A stretch of DNA of 64,000 nucleotides from Paramecium tetraurelia (taxonomy: Eukaryota). Under the pieces are notes generated by a model, which saw only the letters and a list, made by a program, of their open reading frames with translations, searched no databases and was not told the DNA's origin. Both the position numbers and the translations under genes were made by a program. This document shows positions 11,268 through 25,100 of the stretch, piece after piece (positions within the stretch are counted from its first letter, which is position 1; each line of letters opens with the position of its first letter). The stretch spans positions 434,001 to 498,000 of the forward strand of contig CT868230.1 in the NCBI GenBank assembly GCA_000165425.1, read 5' to 3'.

Positions 11268-14200
11268 TCACTCGTCATCCCCCGTTCTGGGCTGGGTGTC
11301 CATCCCATTTAAGCGATCTTTGTACACTTCAAGTAAAAACTTATAATCAATGCGGCCATTCTTCTTTGACCAAGAGATTAGTTGAGGCCACTGTTCATCT
11401 CTGACAACAATACCTTAAGATCTCAACATCCTATCCATCTCTTATTTGATAAGCTATTGGGATATAGAACACTAGTTACATCTTCCGTCAATGGGATTTG
11501 TCCATTTTGTGTTAAATGTTTAAAGATTTCCAAAAGGTATTTTCTATTCTTTCCGATAGCATTTATGGTTTTATCAAACTCTTTTGAACTCTCCCAAATT
11601 CCATTCTCTAAATGTTAAGTGCCAATACATACCAACATATTGAAGAGCATTCTACTTAGCAGGTGGTTTTCTGAGGAATGTTTTGAATTTGCTTTAAGCA
11701 TTTATCAATCCATCTTCAGTTAATCCTTCAAATTATTAATGATGAGGTCCATTCGATTTGGCCAACCAATTCTTATCTGTCTAAGCCATTAATGACTTCT
11801 AAGAGGCTTTCTTAATTCTGACGTTAGCACTCACCGGTCTAAAATTGTTCATAAACTATATAAAACCTTTTCTTCTCATTAGGATTTGAGAATTTAGAGA
11901 ATGCATCCATCCACTCAGTCAAATCTATATGTCCATCTCTTCTTTTATCAATGAATTCAAATAGATCTTTTATTATAGCAAATGGTGGAACTTCTTCAGT
12001 AGCCAATCTATATAGCATTTCAATCATGTCCTTAAATTTATCGAAGGTCAGAAATCCTGTGTGTTGAGCATCTATCTATCTGAATGCATCCTTAGGAGAC
12101 AACAAATAATGGTAAATGTGATCATTGACTCTTTATAAATGAATGCCAGCTCTCTCAAGTATCTTATTATCAGCTTATCTAAAATCTAACTTCTTAGAAA
12201 ATTCCTTCCAATTCACCATACTATTTCTATCTGTACCCAACATAGCAGATAAGATGTCAATATCTTAAAAGGTCAATCCCATATTCAAACTTCGGATGAC
12301 CTGTCTGAATTCTAGATTAGTTATGAATCCAGTGTTGTCTAAATCATACTACTTGAATAATTCATTAAGATTTTTATTTGAATTTCTTAGGAACCTTCTA
12401 ATCTTATCTAACAAGCTGATATTCACTTAATTTCTCTCATCCAAAGGTAATTCGGATAGTCCACTAAAATATTATACTTAATAAATACCCTTAAGTTGCT
12501 GGGCGTATAGCTAATTATTATTATTATTATCCTTCTGTGGGTTCATAGATTTTTCCTCCTTTTCCAAAAATAAGTGCAAATGCATGATTGCTTAATGACC
12601 CATTCTTTTAAACTCTATTCCACAGGATTTCAATATCCCCTTCAACGAATCTCTTTGGAAACAATGCCTATAAAGCCTTATAAAAGCTTTCTTTAGTAAT
12701 GATGTGACTGTGTTCCATCTAAAAATAATGGATTGCATTTTAAATGCTAGAGAAATAAGTTGATAAGGCGTCCTAAATCTCCTTGATCATCTAATCTTAC
12801 CAATTATATTGAGCAAATGCATTCAACCAATCTGATTCAATCAAATACCCTTTTTTATGAGAATCCAAGTCTGAAAATATCTCATACACTAATTTTTCTG
12901 TTAAATCAAATCCTGCCAAAACATTTTTTTCATCTATCCACTTCTTAAACTTCTAGAATACCAATTTCTTACGATATCCTGACACAATATCAAAAGACTC
13001 CTTCACATTTGGATAATGTCTACTTATAATTAACCCTATCTATTGTCTAGCATTCATCTTCCAATCAAAAGAGGACTTAGATTCTTGTTATTATTTTACT
13101 CCTAAAGTTGTGGTTTATCCAAATATTTGTTTGTTTTTACCATAGAAAAATCCTTCTTCTACAAATCTTCTGAAATCCATTAATGTTATTTTTCCTCTTT
13201 TATATTAATCCATCAATTTGAATAATCTGTTAATTTTAGCTTCAGTAATCTCCTTCTCTTCTATTTTCAAGATATCCTTTAAGAATGTCCTTAAATCAGT
13301 TTTATTTATTTATCCATCAAAATCTTTATCGAATGTTCTGAATGCATCCTCAATAGTAATATTCTCCCTTTGACACCAATTTCTTATTTTAAATAAGATC
13401 TCCAATTCCCAATCCCAATCATCTTCTGACAATTATGGCATCTGCTATATTATAGACTTGCTCAAAAACTTTACAAAGGTATTTAAATCGATTAAACCAA
13501 TTTTCTACTTATCCATAAAAGCAAAAAACCCATCCTTAGCGGGCTAGCTCAAAGTCATGATTTTATCAATATTATAAAATTCGCTAATTGATAAGAATCC
13601 ATTATGATCAGTGTCTAGAAAGGTAAAGAGTTCATCATAAGTCATACCCTTCCTAGTTAATTTAATTCGTAAGTCTTTTAGAATTTGATCAAACTTTGAT
13701 TCTGGCAATTCTTCAATTGGGAAAAGACTTTTTGTTTGACTCATTCCATCAACCAAGGATTAAAACATCTTTTTTTGGCCCATCGTCACTAAATCAATAG
13801 ATTTGGATTAGACAAACGTTTTTTCAATGGCTGATAAAGTATCACCAAATTAAGGTTTGATTTTCATGCTTTCAGCAATTTATTCAATTTGAGATTGATC
13901 TTTTCTTATGTTAAAATACGAATATCTTTTAATGAAAATATTCATGTCTTCATCACTTACAACTCCATTTCCATCAACATCCATTTCTCTGCAATATTCC
14001 AAGCATTCTTCATGGGGTAGTTGTGAAAAGAGATTCTTTTCAAGATATTGAGAAGTAGATTCAATATTACAAGAACCATATCCAGACTTTACTTACTATA
14101 AAAATTGAATGACTGTAAACTTTCTTTGAGTCAGGTACTTACTGATTTTTTAAGCAAAATCAACAAGATCTTTTGCTGTATCCTTTTACTCCATTTATTT

Positions 14201-16120
14201 ATCAACATCCATAATCATTTAAATGAAATCGTAATAATTTATCAAAGATTCTCTATTCTTTGGGAGATATCGAACTAATCTATTGATGTCTTAAACATTC
14301 AATGCCAATTAACTCTCCATCAATACAGTTTTAAAATTAGCTGTATCCAAATTACCTTCTTAATGCTCATCAAAATATTCAAAAGATTGTCTCAGGACTT
14401 TCAATTTCTAAGGATTTATTAGGTGATCTCTCATTTTATGGAGAGTATCTTTGAACCATGATAGATCATATAATTTATCCTCCTCCTCAACTGTATTGAA
14501 TAGGATTAAAATGTCATTCATACTGATGGTTTCTTTTCCATCCAAAATCTCTTTTGCTACTTTCAGTGCTTTATTCTAATTTAACGATTCGTCTAAATGC
14601 ATTAAAGCTGATTTCAATTACTGGAGGTTAATTGGAGGATGATCTCTATTCAAATTCATTCTTTGTAATAGATCATCAGTGTGAATTTAGAATTTAAAGA
14701 CAACGTCCTTGATGTAATTAACATGAGTTTCTATTCAATTAATATAAGCATTAATATTTACTTTTATCTACAACAGCCTTAAGCCAATCAAATTTATCAA
14801 TAAATCCATCATTATTTACATCAAGTGTCTAAAACAATGTGATAATTTGAATTTCATTGAGTGGCAATTAAATTTATAGGGCAGCTCTTTTGAAATCATC
14901 GAAATTCATGCGAACCTTTCTCTCATTGGTCTTCCCAAAGGCCTATTAACACAAATCCAAAAAGGACTTGGAATATGTAATTAATTCTTACATCCTCTAT
15001 ATTTAAGGCATGATCTCTAATGTAATATTTCAATCTTTCGAGTGCATAGACTTTGTCATTTACAGATCTGGAGAAGCCTATTCTTGAGGCTTGTTGTGTT
15101 GATGGTCTTACTTCAATCTAATGAATAATAATAGTTAGTAATATTTACAGTTTTACTCGTTAGAGGTCCTTTTTTGGTTGAATATAAGGAATGTTTGGCT
15201 GTTTTAGGTCTTGTTTCTGGCAATTCAATTCCGAGTTAGTTAGTAAGATAATTTTTTGCGTTATCATCAATGATAAAATTATTTTCCTCCGGATGTGAAC
15301 TTTTACTTAATTATTGCAGATATTATTGAGTCAATCTCATGTCTCCCTTTGATTTTCTTTCTGACAAGGGTCTTTTGGTTATTTCCTTGGATTAAAGATA
15401 CTTGTTACTTTGCAACTATCCATCAAAGATTCAAGGAACTAGACTGCAGCACAACGCGCTTTGACAAAGAAAGTACCGACGCATGGAATCTCAACTTCTA
15501 CTATGTCTCTCTATATTTAAATGATTGCTAAATACGTTTCGCACAATATCAGATAATGATTTTAACACTCTTTCCACGGCCATCTTAGCAGAATCCTTAT
15601 TCTAAGAGGCATAGAGTGCAATCTCAGCCCAATTGACAATAGCATGTTAAATTTTACCAGATGTTTGAATGTTATAAGGTCTTAATTATCGGCCATTGGC
15701 TATGGCAGTTTTGAGATTAAAGCCATTAACAAATTCCTTAGAGTAATTTAGATGAAATACTTTAGCAACAAGAAATACTGGTTAACGAGGCTACTTATCT
15801 CTATCTACTGGATTTGTTACTCCATCCAAAACTACGTCTGGAGCACTAAATGAAAACGTTCCAAACTTGTTGACTGCCACTCCTCTACCCATACGCAATT
15901 GTCTTGAAATATGAAGACCTTAATAATAGTGGGTGAGGAAATACCAAATGCATTCCAAGCAGCTGAAACAGTTTCCTCATCCAAAGCTGCAATCAAGGAG
16001 CTATGACTAATATTCAATTTGATCATCTTACTCAGCTTGCCCATTTCGAGTGGCTATCTTAGAAATAATCGATTATGCATTAATTGTAGCTTTACTCTAA
16101 TAACTATCAATGCTATTCAT
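11268..16120 (-). CDS. Large protein with N-terminal CCDC81-type HU domains and many EF-hands
   Basis: N-terminus has AAWNAFGLHISRQLRMGRGVAVNKFGTFSF...PRQPVFLV and VEVEIPCVGTFFV. It is followed by repeated EF loops such as DVDGNGVVSDED, DTDHNGFLSISEF, DKDFDGQINKTDL, DLDNTGFITNLEF and DKRRDGHIDLTEW. TGA at 11268. Confidence 0.75.
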
Positions 16121-16137
16121 TTAATTAATATATTAAT

Positions 16138-16969
16138 ATGAAGGCTTATCTGAGATATGAAGGAATTTCTAAATTATAATATCCTTAGTCTCCGCTCTAA
16201 GTGGAATCAAAACAATTATTCACTCTGATGCCTCGTCGTAAGACTGCTCAAGCGACTTTCGGTAAAAGTTTGCATAACAACAAATCTCCCACGAATTTCG
16301 ACCGATAATTCGTTTTAGAGGAGTTGAGACTCACCAATGCATCTCTCCAAGAAGTAAATAAGGAATTGCAACAATTGAATGAATCCTTACAAGAGTAGGT
16401 TCAAAAACTGCAGGAATCAAACAAGGCCTTACAATTGTAGATCAACTAAATGACCAATTAAATTGATGATCTAAAAATAAACAACCGACATTTGAGATCT
16501 CAAGATAGTAGCTTGCATTTACATTCCAAAACTTTTGATTAGAGGTTCAAAGTAATTGAGATTTAAGATTACAAGATCAAAATAACCATATCGGCTATCT
16601 GCAGTTGCAATTGAAAAAGCTAAATGATTAATTAGAGCAGAAAAGAACCCTAGAATCCAAGCCAATGAAAATGCAATAATAAGCACTTCGAGAATTTGAT
16701 AGCATATGTGTAAATAAATCAATGTAAAACTTAAGTTAGAGATGAAGAATTACATTGTTTGTAAGTTGTGTCATTAAGAACTTAAAGAACCAGTCACTGT
16801 TATTCCATGTGCACATTCCTATTGTCGTTCATGCCAGAAGGGTTACATGGGACGATGTTTCATTTGTGGACCTGAAGAAGAAATTGAAGCCACATATGCC
16901 AACCTGTTGCTGATTCCTATGATCGAACTATTCAAAAAGATATGTGAAATAAGGGAATTATTGAAATGA
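16138..16969 (+). CDS. Coiled-coil protein with a C-terminal C3HC4 RING finger (putative E3 ligase)
   Basis: Heptad-rich middle region, then CKLCHQELKEPVTVIPCAHSYCRSC...RCFIC; TGA at 16967. Confidence 0.8.
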
Positions 16970-16993
16970 TTTTGATATATTTATTATTAGACA

Positions 16994-18190
16994 TCAATAT
17001 ATCTGGGGGCATGGAATGTTCCCACTCTTGCCTTAATCCAAATATCCTCTTCTTGATATGATGACATACTAACCACTTTATAAAGTTAGTAGAATTCCTA
17101 GTCCTGGAAAGGGTTCCTGCTCTTGTAACTACTACTGTGTACTTAAATAGTCAAAACAAATTATTATAAAGAATAATTATAAATTCCAGTTTTAAGAATT
17201 CATAAAATATGAATGTTACCCTAATTCCTCCAACAATCATCTTTTAAGAAATACTGCTCTATCATTCAGATTTGAAGCCAATAGTTTAATGATAAGAAAC
17301 CTTTTTATGCAAAAGTTTTTAGGTAATAGTTCTCATAAATATCATTAGAAACTTCTACAAATCTTCATAGATCACAGCTAATCCCTTCAATTCCTTTCGC
17401 ATTAATCAATGGATCAATAGTTACTTTTAACAATCCATTATACCCAAGACTACTTAATAGAGAGAGTTCATATCTTCTAACATCAATTAGTTTATGTTTT
17501 AAAAATTCACATAAATATATGGCACTACTTTATAATCTATTTTCATGTTATATATTTTAATCACCTCAATCAAAAACAACCGATAAAACTAAATAAAAGT
17601 GGCCATCATTTCCAATGATTATCTACCATTCTCTCCAATTCCTATTTGCTCATAAGCATCCAAGAAGAGACCAAATTCATTACCTTTATCAGTCAATCCC
17701 ACAAATGAAGGATTTGCATAGTACTCTTATTAGAACTAGTATTTCTAATTTGATAGCTAATTTAAATCACTAACAACAAAGTAATATCTAGGCCCTCTAT
17801 CCTTATGGTTTCAGAAAGTTTGTAAATTTTATACTATAAAAAACTTAGAATATTGTTCAGTTCTAAGCAATACGAGAACCAATTCTTCCAAAATCAATAT
17901 TAAATATTCCCTATCTTCTGCATTTATCAACTTATCAAGAAAACTCTCATTGAACCACAATTATATAATAGATTTTTCATCTTTACAATATTTCTATAAA
18001 GTTGAACAAATTCTGTAAAATACTATATTTATATCTCTTAAATAAACTGTATAATTGGACTTCTTTTTTAAGATGTAAGAGTTCTCTTTTGATTATTTCT
18101 ACCGATGGGTTTGCTAAATACTTTCTCCTATCATGAGTTTTATTAGTTGTCTTCAAAATTGTAATAATTCTCTTAGTTAGCCACATTAAT
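16994..18190 (-). CDS. Hypothetical protein, 5' end uncertain
   Basis: Long ciliate-code frames with tiny introns ending ...LGILLTLQSGQYVIISRRGYLDQGKSGNIPCPQIY-TGA. The start codon was not resolved. Confidence 0.45.
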
Positions 18191-18367
18191 ATAAGTTACA
18201 TTGATTTTCTGCATATAAATTCAGAACTAGTCTTTATTATTATCTTACCTTTTTGTCCAACTTATATGAACCTTTTATGAATCAATTTTGTAAAGAAATG
18301 ATTGATTTTCTTTCTTAAAAATAAATTTAGTAAGAGTAAATGCTCAAGATAAATATCTCATAAATTA

Positions 18368-18705
18368 ATGTAATAATAATAATCTAATCAAGAAATAGCT
18401 CAAACAGAGAGATAATGTTATGTGAAACTACCATCGATTGCTTAATGCAGATAATCGATTAAGAGCATAATGTCAGAGGCAGAATTGATATCGAAATCTG
18501 TAAGTTGTTAGATGATATATTAAAGTCAGTTAATAATAACACTCGATGTGTGAATGCTAAGGGAGAGCGGATATTAAGAAAGGAACTCAAGATTCATTCT
18601 TCAATCATTGAATTTAAACAGAACTTTAAAAATATGATAACGAATTCTAAATATGGTTTGCAATATATGAAAAGAAAGGTTTTCCCTAAACTATAACCAC
18701 TTTGA
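18368..18705 (+). CDS. Small hypothetical protein
   Basis: Open frame ...LLDDILKSVNNNTRCVNAKGERILRKELK...KVFPKLQPL-TGA; start at 18368 or 18415. Confidence 0.45.
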
Positions 18706-18729
18706 TTAAATATTTCTAATTAATTTTTA

Positions 18730-19136
18730 ATGAATAAAAAAAATGATCAGGAATTCAAAGAGCCTCCTCCATATTACTTGTAAATTTACATTTGACAATT
18801 ATTTATAGTTTTGGCATTCCTCTTCATAATAAGAGAGTGGCATAACAATTTTGCTTTATTTTCATCCTCGTCTTAATTATACCATTTTCAATGTTTTTTG
18901 GATTAAGAGAATCCTTTGGGGAAGTAGGTGCTGGTATTTCAGCTGTTGTATCCATACAATTGGTCATTGCCTATTATGTTGTTATGATCATAAAAGACCC
19001 AGAAAACTTCCCAAATGCTGAAAAAGCAAGAAAATAAATTGAAGAAAGAAAATTAAAAACTAAGCAAAGTCAAGTTGAAACAGAACCACTCAAACAGGAA
19101 AGTAAACCACTTAAGAATAAATCTAAATAAAATTGA
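18730..19136 (+). CDS. VMA21: VMA21-like V-ATPase assembly factor (two TM helices)
   Basis: After a 29-nt intron: FCFIFILVLIIPFSMFFG...AGISAVVSIQLVIAYYVVMII, with a C-terminal KSKQN (KxKxx ER-retrieval pattern). Confidence 0.55.
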
Positions 19137-19170
19137 TATGTCTTAAATACACATACAAATATAACATGGT

Positions 19171-22100
19171 TCAATTGTTTTTTTTAAATTCAACCTTCAT
19201 GAGTTTACCCATGTCAATAATTTGTTCTTAGACAAAAACAATCTAAAATTAAGAATAACAAAATACCTTCTCCTCTATTTTTTATATGAGTTCCTTCTCT
19301 CTGATGCCCTTCTTACCGTCTAAATCCACCAATTCTCTCGCTTGATTAAATGGCACCCAACAAAGATCTTCCTCTTTCAATTTTTAATCAACATAACTCT
19401 CGATTCCTGAATATTCTGTTTTCTCCTTCCATCTCAAATAAGCAAAGAAATAAACGTAGTTCCACATGTAATGATTTATTTTTATATGCTCTCTAAAACC
19501 ACCATTACTTTTTGATTGCAATCTATCAAAATCAGCTCTTAAAAGATAATAATATAAATATACTTTAAATTTCCGCATATGAAACAATTGTCAACCATAT
19601 CATTTAATTTATTCCCTTCCTCCTCTCTTAAGCTTCCAAACGTATCAATGATAATACCAGCAACAATATTCAGCATTATAACACCCAAAATGATATTGCT
19701 AACCTCATCAAAGAAGAATCTGCCAACACCCAATTCTCTAGCAACATCATTAACCCCTAATTCTTATTGTACATAATCTCCTATTGACCCTCTAAATGTC
19801 CATTCCACATTCATCATAAAGCAATACAAAAGAGTATCACAATATCCTGCAAACTCATTTGATAATCTCCAATAAGCAAAAATTGTGAATACATAAACTA
19901 ACAGAAATAGTAGGAAAAATGTTAAAATTAATTAGGTTCTAGGACGATATACAGATAGAATGATATTTTTTAATGTTGGATATCTAAATAAAATTTCAGT
20001 TAAATGGAATATGAAAAACAAAGGGTGATAAAAAGTACCCAATATTGCAAATAAACCATATGCGATGTAATACATTACTTCCACTTCCTATAAGAAACTT
20101 AAAATAGTTTGAATAAATTTGTAAAACATGTCTATTAATATAAAGAGAGGGTTTGGGTCTTAATCTTCGAATAGCCCTTTTTACAACCAAGCTCTTTTTA
20201 GAATCAATGGAGCATTCTTTAGCAAATAAAAGGAGACCACGAATAAGGATAAGCCAGTCATTACAATACCTATGATGTATATTATAGTTTTAGTAAGCAT
20301 AGGACTAAAATCTTAATATTGACTAAAAAAGATGTAATCCTCAACCCTATCACCAACTGTTCCATCAAAACTAAACAGTATGAATAAATTCAAAAATAAG
20401 GTTAAGAAAAAGGCGAGTTCTCTCCAGAGTTTAACATAGTCAGTTAATAAGGCTAAATATTTCTATCTATCAAATAATCTCTTTAAATATTCTTCATGTT
20501 TACAAACTTCAATCAACGTAGGAGCTATATTCATTAACCCTTAAACCTTTGATTATGTGGTACTTCTATCTACTTGATCGTGGAATAGGATTTTTTATTC
20601 TTTCGGTAAATATTTTGTTGAAGGTAATTTAATGAAATAAACAACTTCTAGATTTTCATCATGCATAACATCAATATGAGCACTATTCTCTAAATAAAAA
20701 TTGATAGCCATTTGTAGATCTTGTCTATATTGTTCCTCTTTGATTCTTTATCTCTCCTCTTCTGACATATCTGGTTACACTTAGTTGTTTTTAAACTAAT
20801 CTGTTGCTAAATTCTTCATGGAATTCAAAGTTCCAAATAAATTCCTTATTAGAGCAATTGTAAATTATATTAACATGTATACAAAAGAATCCTTAAACAT
20901 CTACCAAACTTCATTGCTCGTTTACGTTTTTAATATCCTTTTTTTATGCATCCTTGTAATTTTTATTATTGGGCTCACAATATAGGGGTCACATTCCATG
21001 TAATAACTCATTAAGAAGAATAACAGAAATCCATTCTGTAAGATAGTTTCGAAGTAAGGAAGTTATGAGGATATTTGTTTAATTTTATCATATTTGCTTT
21101 CTTTCATTTTCCGTAATTTATACGGATCAACTGATAAATGTTCGAGTGCTTCAATTTCATATTTATCACCGTATATTTTAACATATTTATTATATTCGTT
21201 AACGGAATGTTTTTCTAATAAACTTATTGGTAAATTTCTCATGATTCTTTTTAAGATAGGATTGTTTTAATTTATTTCACTTCCTTCTAATAAGCTCATG
21301 ATCAAATTCAAAATTTTATTCATTAATCTACAAATTTACCATCTCTATAATGGTTAATCCAAAAGAGATTTTCGTTTTCCAATCTATTCTATCTCTTCTG
21401 GGGGAGATAGAATATATTACTAGGAGAACAAATCAGCTGCTATATCCAAGAATTTAGATTCAGAAATAGCTTTTTAATTGTCTGAACAGGGTCCTTAGAC
21501 TAGTTCATTTAAAGTATCTAAACACTTCAACATATTATCATAGTTTTTTTAAATACGACCATCATAATAATAGGTTTTAAAGAGATCGGTTATAGCATTG
21601 GTTAAGTCATAGTTGTTTTTTGAGTTAGTTTGTTCTCTAAAATAATTTTGTAGTTTTCGATAATGCCCTTCTACAGCATTTTACAAGAATGTTAATACTT
21701 CCAACACCAAACTTAAATCTTCTTAAAACTCATTGTAATCTATCTAAAGCAACCCAGCTGACTCTTCTTCAGATCCTCCTTTTGACTTTGATAGGATTTC
21801 TAGATTTTCAATTTGTTTTCGAATGATGAAATAGATCTTCTAGAAAATGTTTTCAGATTAACTAAAGCTCATCATAAAACTGTATATGGTTCCTTGAACT
21901 TGATCATTTCCTCCATCTAACAAAGTGTTAATAAATTAAAGGAAAGACTATTGTAAATAACATATATTAATACCATCATTAATTTCTTATCTTAATTATT
22001 TTCACTCAAAACTAACAATACCATTTATGTTGCTCCTAATTTATCGAATAGATTTTGCATCTCTACCTTTCTAGTTGGATCTGTATCAATTATCTTTTTT

Positions 22101-25100
22101 AAAATGTGTAATAAAGTTTAAATGGACCCCTTGCAGTTGGGATCTGAGAAAGCCGATTAGAGATATGATATTAATTTTCTGGATATACTTTTGACATCAG
22201 GTTTATTAGTCAAGTTCTTACTAAATTCTGGTTTTAATAAACTAGATATGTTTAAGATGGCATTGGCAATCGTTTCTCTTTCTTTTTCAGCCTCCTTCAC
22301 AAAATGATCCTTATTCAATAGTTCTTTTAAAAATAACTTCCAAAGCTTTTCTACTTTTTTTGATTTCATGGCATCATAACCTTCTAACAATTCCTCACAA
22401 TCATCATCCTTATCTGAGAACACAGTTATTTTCTTCTTTTCCGGTAAATATTTCTTACTTGTATTTTAAATTAATTGCTCATCAGGATTGCTTAATTATT
22501 TTGACATCAAACTGCTTTTCCTAGAATTCTATCCTATTATCATTTCATTATATGCCTTTTTATTAGTATTAGTATTTTATATAATATCTTCATCTTAATT
22601 TTAATCTGCTTCTTTAAGCGAGTCCAATTTAATCTTCACTTAATTCCAAATAGGATCCTCTTTTTAATTTACAGTTTTCTCATAGAATAATTTGCAGAAT
22701 GTTTGTAAACATCTCACTAACAACTTTGCATCTTCAGTAGTTGTAATAATTGGGTAAAGTATATTTTATTCAGATGTTAGATTCTTAACCTTCTTTAACC
22801 ATTCTTACAAGAATTTTTCTATAATTTATAAGTCTTTTCTTAAATCCTATTTCTCTATATTCTTTAGAAATCTGTCATAGTAAGCCAAAAGAAAAGGGAA
22901 GATTCCTTCGATGTGATAAACTTTTAAATCTTAAGTAAATAAATGCAAATCAGTAATTTTCTCCAATCTGTTGATTTCAAAGGTCATAAAATCAATGACT
23001 TACTATCTACAATGAAATAATTGAGAATGCTAAACCTATCCTCTTTCAGATGAGATGTGGACCAATCTTAAAAATTCAATTACTTACAATTTTATCAAAG
23101 TTACCCCTTTAATTTTTTAATTACTATCAATGTATTAAATTTGAGATTTGGTTGTAATTGGCATTTTCACAAATGCATCATTGGTACATAAAATTTCAAG
23201 TAGATATGTTGCTGAAAACAATCTTTTCAATTTACTTATACTGATATTGAAATTCTTTTTAATATCTTCCTCCTTTGTATCTGCAGTAAATTTTCTCTTT
23301 TCAACATTATTTAAAGTCGTCTAAATGAGAATATCTAACAATTATGCGTGATAGAAGAATGGCTCATCTCTAAATGTATCTCTATAGTCAATCTCTCTTA
23401 ATTTATCAACGAATTTTAATTCAGGTTCCTAGATTGGGTCCTCTAAAAACAATCTCAAATCACTGTTTCTTGAGCCATCACAATACAAAACCTTTATGTC
23501 TTTCTCCCCAAATTCCAATGGTAATAGACTATTTTGTATTAAAATCTAATTGTCAAATATGTAATTGGAATGGTACGTCATTAATGATTCAAATGCTAGT
23601 AAAAATCTCTTTTGCCTTCCTTCTTTTAGAATTAATTATAGAATAACATCTATTAATTATTAATCTACTTTTTGAACTAGTAATGTCTTATTATTTTAAA
23701 ATATAGTCTCGATTAATTCCAATTAGCCTAGATCGTATTGCATGTAACGATAATAATTTAAATACTCAAAGAGTATAATCTAATTTTCATTGTTGTTAAA
23801 ACAGAAATTCTTTAGAACATCAAATGCTAATCTAAAAAAGTCGATCATAACAATTTTTTTCTCCTCTTCAAATTCTACATCCATTATGTATTCATGAATG
23901 TATCTTAATCCATTTGGCAATAAATTAACAACTGCTATATGTGCTCCTAAGTTTGCATATAGTTATTATTTCTTTGGATCAATCACATCTAATTATGAGA
24001 TCAACTCATTGTCCTCAAATTTGATATCACTTTTTAGTCCATGATAAAAACTTGTTAAGTACTTTTATGCTTATTCAAAGTCACTGGTGATCTTATCCTC
24101 AAAAATATAACTAGAAATCCATATATCAAGTCGCTCATTTAAAGTTTAGAATTTTTCCAAGTTCATTGTAATATATTTATGTAGTATTGTCTTTTCGGAA
24201 TCGAAAATGACTTACATATTTTACAGGTTTTTTTTGAATTCTTCCTTTTAAGTAAACAATCTTAATAACAATTACAGACCTCGTTTTTCTAGTTCTTTAT
24301 CTTTTATATGATAAAATGTATGTAAAAATGTTGGTAATAAACTAGCAACTGGTTAATCATTTGGGTTTCTATCATCTAAAGCAAAACTTAAATATTAGTC
24401 AAGATCTAAAATCTCTGGGATTTGAGGATTGTTAATATAATTATAGAATCTAGTTTTAGCTTTCTCTTCCTACTTATTAATTTTTATTAGGTTTTAAGTG
24501 AATGAACTTAAACTCATCTCTTCTTTTTGAGGCTCATCTATTTCCTTAATACCTGTCTATGCTAAATTAGGAAATAATCCTAGTGCATGGTTTTTTAATA
24601 ACCTCTGAATAATTAATAGATTTTTTTCTTTTTGGTCTAAATCTTCATATTATCTTCTCTGATTTAATGGTTTTTTCTTATTCTCTTTTTACAAATATTG
24701 ACTGTAAGCAACAGGGTTATTTTCTATATGATCCCCTTAAAGAATCTATGTTTTAAAAAAGACAATACAATTTTACATCATGAAATCTTATCTTAGATCT
24801 AACAAGTATTCTAGAAAATCGCATATCTTAATTTTTAATTAGACCTCATTCTCAATATACTTTGGATCCAAAAAGTTTTACGTTTATATTACTGATTATA
24901 ACTTTAAGTATCCCTTCATAATGGGATTTAAGTATATGTTTTGATCGTTTGTTATTTAGCTTTCTCCTCTCTATTCCTCATTGTCATCTTCTTCTTTATT
25001 CTATTTTTTTAAGAGATTCATAAAGTTTGGTGCACTGAGTTTATGTTGACTCTATTTATCTTGTAACTTTTTTTAAACTCTTTGTCTCTCTGTTTAACAA

